Positions 26,175 to 32,000 of a stretch of DNA of 32,000 nucleotides are shown here, in pieces. Position 1 is the first letter of the stretch. Every line of letters begins with the position of its first letter. The notes beneath the pieces were generated by a model. It saw only the letters and a program-made list of their open reading frames with translations, was not told the origin of the DNA and did not search any database. Made by a program: the position numbers and the translations under genes. Source of the DNA: Dickeya dadantii NCPPB 898 (GTDB lineage: Bacteria > Pseudomonadota > Gammaproteobacteria > Enterobacterales > Enterobacteriaceae); contig NZ_AOOE01000043.1 of assembly GCF_000406145.1 (NCBI RefSeq), positions 62,812 to 94,811 on the forward strand. The letters are read 5' to 3'.

Positions 26175-29100
26175 GGCTGGCCTCCTGATTTTTTATTCTT
26201 CGCCGACGCCGCTTTCATCGTCAGGTACAGCGGCGCCAGCAGTTGCTGCGTCCAGCGGGCAAACTCGCCGTTGGCCCACAGGTGGTCGAAACTCGGGAAA
26301 GCCCGCGCCAGATAGGCGTTAGACGCCGATTCGGCAAACTTGCGGTTGGCCGGATCATGTTCCTCATAACACTGACGTGCCGCCTTGCCCGCCTCACCGT
26401 CCGGCGGCTGATCCGGTTCTCCGCCCGTCTCCAGCCAGCGAAATCCGCTTTTCACCGCCAGCGGCAGCGGGTAACGCATGCCTTCCCGCCAGGCATCCAC
26501 CAGCGCCTGCCAGTATACTTTCGCCTGCTCCGGCTCCAGCGTCGGCAGGTAAACGGTGCCGTTTTTGCTGACCAGCGTGCTGTGCAGTGGTTGCCCGCCA
26601 AGGTGCCCGGCCAGATGCGCCACCCAGAACGGCAATAGCTTGTCGAAGCGATAGCTGCGCCGCGTGGGATGAAGCAACCCACCGCTTTCCAGCACCAGCC
26701 GGCACCGGTTGCCCTGCCCGTCTGTGCGCAGCTCGTTCAGCCAGTCTTCCAGCGGGACATCGGGCAGCGACAGCGCTTCGTCAGCCGTCGCTTCAGGCCA
26801 TTTTTCCCGTTCCTGCTCGTAACGGGTGAACAGATCCGCCATCGGCTCCGCCAAATCCTGCTCCAGCACCGCGGTAAAGCCGCCCGGCGCCAGTTCGCCG
26901 CGCCGGGCGATGCGCGCCAGCTGTTCCGCCAGCGCCTGCTCGCGGGGGATACGCTGGCGTAACGCCGCGTGCTGCACCTGAATCAGCTCGTGTTGCAGGC
27001 GCCAGTTTTCCAGCGCGTCGATAGCAAACGGCTCCTGATCCTGGCTGGTGGCGTCTGCCTGCTCGAACCAGACATTGAGCCGCAGACGGAAGAAGCTGCG
27101 CACCGGGTCGCGGACAAAATCCGCCAGTTGGCGCAGCGTCAGCACACCGTCCTGCCGATACTCGTCCAGCGCGGTTTCCGTCGCCGGCGCGTTCTGCGGC
27201 AACAATCTATCTTGCGGCAACAGCCCGTCATCCTGCGGCAACAGCCCGGCGCGCCATTCGCGGGCATAGCTGAACAACGGGCTGCCGGCGGTAAAATAAT
27301 CCGGGCTGAATGGCTGCAACCGGTGCTCTACCGTCAGCGCCGACAACACATCCTGCTCGTCGGCGGTCTGCCAGCCGTTACTCAAATGGTCGCGCAGTTG
27401 TGCCACCAGCACCGAGGGCGGCCGCTCGCTGTTGTCGTGAATGCTGCGTCCCACCCAACTGATATATAAACGTTCACGCGCCGACAGCAGCGCCTCCAGA
27501 AACAGATAGCGGTCGTCTTCGCGGCGGGAACGGTCACCGGGGCGGTAATCCTGCCCCATCAGGTCGAAGTCCAGCGGCACCCGGTTGCGGGGATAGTCGC
27601 CATCGTTCATGCCCAGCAGGCAGACGTGGCGAAACGGGATGGCGCGCATCGGCATCAGGGTGGCGAAGGTAACAGCGCCGGCAAAAAACGGCTGGGTCAG
27701 GCTCGACTGCTCAAACAGCCCCAGCCAGTGTTCCCGCACCACCGACAGCGGCAACGCCTGTTCCAGCGCCACCGATTCGCAGGCCTCCAGCCAGTTCTGC
27801 AACCCTTCATCCAGTTGCAGCAGCATAAAGCCGTCCTCGCCCTCATCCGCCGTAAAAAACGTGCTCAGCAGCGCGCGTAACCGTTCGCCCCATTGCGTTG
27901 GCGTCGCGGGCTGACACAGCTGCTGCCAGCTGTAATCCAGCCGGTCGAGCAGCAACGCCAGTTGACCGGCCAGTACCGCATCCAGCCCGCCGATTTCATC
28001 CAGCGGTTCGATATCCCGCCAGGCATCGCCGGTACCCACCGCGTAGCCCAGCAGCATGCGGCGCAGGCCGAAAAACCAGCTGTTTTGTTCCGGCGCGTCG
28101 GGCAAGTCGAGGCTCTGGCGCTGGCGGGCGTGCAGCCCCCAGCGCACGTTGGCGGCCCGAATCCAGCGTTGCAGCAGCGGCAACTGCTCTTCGGTGATGG
28201 CAAAACGCTGGCGCACCGCCGGCACTTCCAGCAAATCCAGCACATCGCTGACCGCCACGCGCGACTGCGGCAAATTCAACAACCGCTCCAGCGCCGCCAG
28301 CAGCAGGTTGTTCTGGCGCGGCCCGCGGTCCGCCACGCTAAACGGGATATAACGCGGGTCTTTCTGCCGGTCGATCAACCCAAACACCGCCTGAATGTGC
28401 GGCGCATAGCCGTTGATGTCCGGCACCATCACAATCACGTCGCGCGGGCGCAGCGTCGGGTCGGCGGCAAACGCCGCCAGCAGTTGGTCGTGCAGCACTT
28501 CCACTTCGCGCTGCGCGCTGTGAGCGACATGAAAACGGATCGAGCGATCCTGATGCGGATCGATGGCAGGCCAGCGCGCTCGGCTTTCCGCCAGCGGTCG
28601 CAAATCCCGAATGTCGTCCTGTAGTTGATTGAGCAGGCAGCTTTCGCCGTTGCTGTCGAACAGGTCAATGCGTGAAATCAGCGGCTGCAACAGCGATTCG
28701 TACTGCTCGCGCTGGTCGTATTCATCCAGCAGGCCGATGTAATCCCGCCCCTGTTTACCCCAGGCCGCCAGCAGCGGGTGGGCATGCTGATGCAGCTCTT
28801 CCAGCGCGACCGCCTCCGGCATGCCGGGTTTGCGTTGCTGGCGGGCGCGTTCGGCGCGCAGCAGATCCTTGTCGGCGATAATATTGCCCCAGTAGTGCTC
28901 GCACGGGTTATGCACGCACATAAACACCTGGGTCCAGCGGCCGATGGCCGCCAGCAGTTCCAGCGCCTGCTGCGGCAGCGATGAAATCCCGAATACCATC
29001 ACCCGGGACGGCAATCCCGCCGGCCGGTCGCCGTCGCCCCGCCGTTTTACCTCATCCAGAAAGCGGCGATGCAGCGCGGCGCGGCTGGTGCCGGACAGCG

Positions 29101-29701
29101 CTTCGCCGGTATCGGCCAGCAATGCGCGCCACAGCAGCGGCTGCCAGCGCTGATCGTCCGGCAATGGCTCCACGCCGCGCCGGCTGGTCGCCAGCACATC
29201 ACGCCCGGCGGTCCAGTCAGCCAGCCAGTCGGCGCGATACACCTGATACTGATCAAACAGGTCGGCCAGTCGTTCGGCCAACTGGTAGCGTTTACGTAGA
29301 TCGGCATCCTGTTGCAGAAATCGCGCCAGCGCGGCGAATTCAGGCTGCGCCAGTAGCTCCGGCAACAACCGCACCAGCCGCCACACCAGCAGCGATTTAT
29401 CGAACGGCGAGGTTTCCGGCACCTGATCGTGACCCAGCACCGAGCGGTAGACCTGCCAGAAAAAACGCGACGGTAACTCGACATCCAACGCTGCCGCCAC
29501 GCCGCATCCGCCGTCACGGACATCACGCGCCAGCGCCAGTTTCAGCCACTGCCCGATGCCGTTGCTTTGCACCAGAATCAGCTCGTTTTCCAGCCCGCCC
29601 AGCGGATTAGCCGCCATCCACGACACCAGTACGTCGCGCAGGGCTTCAGGATGGTTGCTGTGGATCGCCATCAAACCGGGTTGTAACCTGTTTTCGCTCA
29701 T
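26171..29701 (-). CDS. recC: exodeoxyribonuclease V gamma subunit (RecC)
   Basis: The ORF track starts at 29728. I prefer ATG 29701 (MSENRLQPGLMAIHSN...), giving 1176 aa. Collinear RecC landmarks are LILVQSNGIGQWL, LADLFDQYQVYR.DWL, FHVAHS.QREVEVLHDQLLA, RDVIVMVPDI..Y.P.IQAVFG, GDRSRREDDRYLFLEALLSA.E.LYISW.GRSI.DNSERPPSVLV. Confidence 0.9.
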   Translation of the reverse strand: MSENRLQPGLMAIHSNHPEALRDVLVSWMAANPLGGLENELILVQSNGIGQWLKLALARDVRDGGCGVAAALDVELPSRFFWQVYRSVLGHDQVPETSPFDKSLLVWRLVRLLPELLAQPEFAALARFLQQDADLRKRYQLAERLADLFDQYQVYRADWLADWTAGRDVLATSRRGVEPLPDDQRWQPLLWRALLADTGEALSGTSRAALHRRFLDEVKRRGDGDRPAGLPSRVMVFGISSLPQQALELLAAIGRWTQVFMCVHNPCEHYWGNIIADKDLLRAERARQQRKPGMPEAVALEELHQHAHPLLAAWGKQGRDYIGLLDEYDQREQYESLLQPLISRIDLFDSNGESCLLNQLQDDIRDLRPLAESRARWPAIDPHQDRSIRFHVAHSAQREVEVLHDQLLAAFAADPTLRPRDVIVMVPDINGYAPHIQAVFGLIDRQKDPRYIPFSVADRGPRQNNLLLAALERLLNLPQSRVAVSDVLDLLEVPAVRQRFAITEEQLPLLQRWIRAANVRWGLHARQRQSLDLPDAPEQNSWFFGLRRMLLGYAVGTGDAWRDIEPLDEIGGLDAVLAGQLALLLDRLDYSWQQLCQPATPTQWGERLRALLSTFFTADEGEDGFMLLQLDEGLQNWLEACESVALEQALPLSVVREHWLGLFEQSSLTQPFFAGAVTFATLMPMRAIPFRHVCLLGMNDGDYPRNRVPLDFDLMGQDYRPGDRSRREDDRYLFLEALLSARERLYISWVGRSIHDNSERPPSVLVAQLRDHLSNGWQTADEQDVLSALTVEHRLQPFSPDYFTAGSPLFSYAREWRAGLLPQDDGLLPQDRLLPQNAPATETALDEYRQDGVLTLRQLADFVRDPVRSFFRLRLNVWFEQADATSQDQEPFAIDALENWRLQHELIQVQHAALRQRIPREQALAEQLARIARRGELAPGGFTAVLEQDLAEPMADLFTRYEQEREKWPEATADEALSLPDVPLEDWLNELRTDGQGNRCRLVLESGGLLHPTRRSYRFDKLLPFWVAHLAGHLGGQPLHSTLVSKNGTVYLPTLEPEQAKVYWQALVDAWREGMRYPLPLAVKSGFRWLETGGEPDQPPDGEAGKAARQCYEEHDPANRKFAESASNAYLARAFPSFDHLWANGEFARWTQQLLAPLYLTMKAASAKNKKSGGQP

Positions 29702-29900
29702 CGTTTTCTCTGGACAACTGGGTTGCATTAACGCCTCACCGAATTACGGCGGACCAGCGAATATCTTAGCATTCAATGGGATTGGGTGGGATACCGCGAA
29801 CAATATCAGGGCGTTGCCGGCGAAGTCAGTTGAGATTCAGGCAACCTAACCGGTGTGATTTTCCTGATACGGTTGTATCAGGGATGGGGCGCTGTCGGCA

Positions 29901-29946
29901 CCGCAAAGAAAGGCAAAGAGAGACGATGACCGCTTCTCTCTTTGCC
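29901..29946 (-). terminator. rho-independent terminator of the dspE-dspF operon
   Basis: On the minus strand the stem is ggcaaagagaga / tctctctttgcc (29946-29935 / 29923-29912) with an 11-nt loop, followed by tttctttgcgg. It lies about 40 nt after the dspF stop. Confidence 0.65.
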
Positions 29947-29987
29947 GTATGCTCCTCTCTTTGCCGTCAATGTTGTCAGCAATGCGC

Positions 29988-30455
29988 TCAGGCGGCTTGA
30001 ATCTCCGCCAGCGTCCGTTCGATAAACGTACGGGTTTCTTCCACCTGCCGAATGTAGCCGTTCATCAGCGCGCTGAAACCCGCTTCATCCAGTTTGTCGA
30101 GCGGATACTGACTGCACAGGCGCAGATTGTCGTACTCATCCAGCGCCAGCCAGCAACCACGCATCGCCGCCATCTCGAAATTGAGCAGCAGCATCAGGCG
30201 GTAGACAGCCAGCCGGTCTTCGCCTTTCAGGCTCACCACCTGGCAGTGCAGCAGCAGATTGTCGCTGTGCGCCGGCACTTCAATCACCGCCGCCTCCCGA
30301 CCGTCCGCGCCGTTCAGTACACAGATGCCGTTATTCAGCGTCAGGCGCTGCCGGTTGAACTGGCTAAAATGTTGCAGCAGCCGCGCCGCCAGTTGTTGTG
30401 CCGAGGTCGCTTGCGTTGAGGCTGAAGGCGTTGAGGCTAAGTGCGTTGATGTCAT
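29988..30455 (-). CDS. dspF: type III secretion chaperone for DspE (DspF/AvrF family, CesT-like)
   Basis: 155 aa. EAAVIEVPAHSDNLLLHC......LLLNFEMAAMRGCWLALDEYDNLRLC matches the remembered Erwinia amylovora DspF (EAAVLEVPQHSDSLLLHC...LQLNFEMAAMRGCWLALDELHNVRLC). An SD aggag is present, and the gene starts 36 nt downstream of the dspE stop. Confidence 0.88.
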   Translation of the reverse strand: MTSTHLASTPSASTQATSAQQLAARLLQHFSQFNRQRLTLNNGICVLNGADGREAAVIEVPAHSDNLLLHCQVVSLKGEDRLAVYRLMLLLNFEMAAMRGCWLALDEYDNLRLCSQYPLDKLDEAGFSALMNGYIRQVEETRTFIERTLAEIQAA

Positions 30456-30491
30456 CGTATTGCTCCTGTTGTTGTTCGTTCCGTTGCCGAA

Positions 30492-32000
30492 TTACTGTTT
30501 CGCCAGCGTGATGCCCTGCTGATTCATATGATTGACCGCCTGAGAGACTTCCGGATTGGCTTTGGCGATCGCCCCTTCCAGACTGAAGCTGCTTGGGCTG
30601 TTCTGGTTCTGACCGTAGCTGAAATTGATCTTGCCCAGCAGCTTGGTCATGCTGACGTCGGCACTACTGCCGGCGCTGACAATCGGCAGCGGGAACGCCA
30701 GCCCTTCCTTGTTTTTCACCGTCTGGGTAAAGTCGAGCGACTTGATACGCAGGTTGTTGCTGTCACGGAAAATCGCCGCGATGTCATCTTTACCCATCGT
30801 ATTGTTCTGGATGCCCTGTTCGACTTTCGCCTTCACCTCGTCTTTCAGTTCCAGGCTGACGCCGGCGGTGGCGTTGGTCAGCGACTGCATCTTCTGCACC
30901 ACCGCTTTCAGCGCCGGGTTTTCCTCCATGAAGCCGTGAATGCGCTCGGCGTTGGTGGGCGGCAGGTTATCGCTGACCAGCTTACGCAGCGCATGGAATA
31001 TCCCGTTGCTATCCAGTTTCGACAGGTTGGCGTAAGTGGTGCTGTAGCTGGCGCTGTCCAGCGTTACCCCCTGTTTTTCCGCGGTTTCATGCTGCCGGGT
31101 TTTGGTGTGCAGGTCCTTTATTGCACCGTATTGCCCATCATCGGCCGGGGTTTTGGCCTCAAAATGCTTGTTCAGTATCGCCAGCTTTTCTCCGGTGTCC
31201 GTCAAGTCTTTCACCCCCTTCAACACCTGCTGAGTTTCCGGATCGGTAAATTTTTTCTCCAGCGACGAAAGCAAACTATCCATATCCCGGTTTTCAACAG
31301 GTTGCGCGGCTTTAAGCTGCATACTGATGCTGTGGTTGGTTTTGGTATCCACCGTCATGGTGACGGAAGCGTTGCTGGTTATCGGCGCGGTCCACGAACC
31401 GCTCGGCGTAGGGTTGGTGATACCGGCGAACGCCGTGGCATTCGCACCCACGTTGACCTGGTTCATGAAGCGCACCCGGTTATTGGTGGTGGCATTCTGC
31501 TCGGTGAACTCACCGCGTACCGTGCTGTGCTCATGGCTGGCCGACATCAGGTTCGCTCCGGCCCCTAAACCGACTGAAAGCCGTCCTGCCGACGTCGGCA
31601 CTTTGCCTTTTTGCGCCGCGCTGGGTTTATCCGCCAGGTTGACCTCGGCGCGCGCATCGGCCGTCAGCGCGGCATCCAGATCGAATTTAATCGAGAAGCC
31701 CTCTTTAACCCGGTGGTCATTGCCCCTGGTGACCAGATCCAACGGATTTACATTGCCATCGATCAGCTTGTCGACAAAACCGGGCAGCTCTTTTTCGCTC
31801 AGCGTAAACTTCAGGCCGTTTTGCTGTACGGTTCCCAACCCGGCGGTGACGCTGCCGCCAAAGCGTACATCCAGCGCCAGCGCGTGTTTTTTATCATCAA
31901 AGTCAAAACCTTTCTTGGCGTCATTGGGGGATTGCCCCGTCGCCACGCCCACCTTGGCGTTCAGCCCGCCGTTACGCCCGAAGTTAACGTCAATGCCGTT
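30492..32000 (-). CDS. dspE: AvrE-family type III effector DspE; C-terminal ~500 codons, the gene continues beyond the right edge
   Basis: The reading frame is open to position 32000, and the track's Met at 31952 is internal. The gene lies immediately upstream of its cognate chaperone gene dspF on the same strand. The sequence is Gly/Ser/Thr/Asn-rich and beta-strand-like, as in AvrE/DspE C-terminal regions. The assignment rests mainly on context, because I cannot align the fragment from memory. Confidence 0.7.
   Translation of the reverse strand, partial: NGIDVNFGRNGGLNAKVGVATGQSPNDAKKGFDFDDKKHALALDVRFGGSVTAGLGTVQQNGLKFTLSEKELPGFVDKLIDGNVNPLDLVTRGNDHRVKEGFSIKFDLDAALTADARAEVNLADKPSAAQKGKVPTSAGRLSVGLGAGANLMSASHEHSTVRGEFTEQNATTNNRVRFMNQVNVGANATAFAGITNPTPSGSWTAPITSNASVTMTVDTKTNHSISMQLKAAQPVENRDMDSLLSSLEKKFTDPETQQVLKGVKDLTDTGEKLAILNKHFEAKTPADDGQYGAIKDLHTKTRQHETAEKQGVTLDSASYSTTYANLSKLDSNGIFHALRKLVSDNLPPTNAERIHGFMEENPALKAVVQKMQSLTNATAGVSLELKDEVKAKVEQGIQNNTMGKDDIAAIFRDSNNLRIKSLDFTQTVKNKEGLAFPLPIVSAGSSADVSMTKLLGKINFSYGQNQNSPSSFSLEGAIAKANPEVSQAVNHMNQQGITLAKQ

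Noticed and set aside
20887-28624. Many long plus-strand ORFs antisense to recD, recB and recC, for example 21427-22284 (285 aa), 22635-23387 (250 aa), 25224-26159 (311 aa) and 27893-28624 (243 aa).
   Set aside because: They lie entirely inside well-supported minus-strand genes and translate to low-complexity Arg/Gln/Pro/Ala-rich sequence. They lack ribosome-binding sites. Stop-poor antisense frames of this kind are the expected artefact in very GC-rich coding DNA.

Overview
This is an enterobacterial chromosome segment. It is most likely a soft-rot Pectobacteriaceae genome of the Dickeya type, inferred from a XynA-like GH30 xylanase and a dspE/dspF pair, and not verifiable here.

Positions 1-11.9 kb hold the conserved housekeeping block kdsA'-sirB1-prmC-prfA-hemA (minus strand), lolB-ispE-prs (plus), ychH (minus) and pth-ychF (plus). 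This is the same order as E. coli b1203-b1215, with two differences. sirB2 is missing. The dauA slot between prs and ychH is occupied by an AT-rich two-gene insert: a DJ-1/PfpI-family protein with a signal peptide and a divergent LysR regulator, bracketed by two inverted ERIC-type repeats.

Synteny breaks after ychF. In order, the remainder contains:
- a ~100-bp direct duplication of the ychF 3' end and terminator, enclosing a 458-bp scar
- the AT-rich glucuronoxylanase gene xynA
- dbpA
- a compact ECF module: a periplasmic TPR protein, an ECF sigma factor, an anti-sigma factor, and a convergent yceI-like gene. Both of its promoter regions carry the same GAATAAA-N14-CGTTwAC motif.
- a DosC-like globin-coupled diguanylate cyclase
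- a very GC-rich, translationally coupled recC-recB-recD operon with no ptrA
- dspF plus the 3' part of dspE, an AvrE-family type III effector

Small-scale oddities:
- three tandem 17-bp copies of the pth initiation region, forming two stacked 6-codon mini-ORFs
- a 4 x 14-bp TTCGAA array in the dbpA/ECF divergent region
- an ECF sigma gene whose conserved N-terminus has no canonical start codon
- strongly strand-polarised E. coli-type Chi octamers

I saw no tRNA, rRNA, CRISPR array, IS element or integrase gene.
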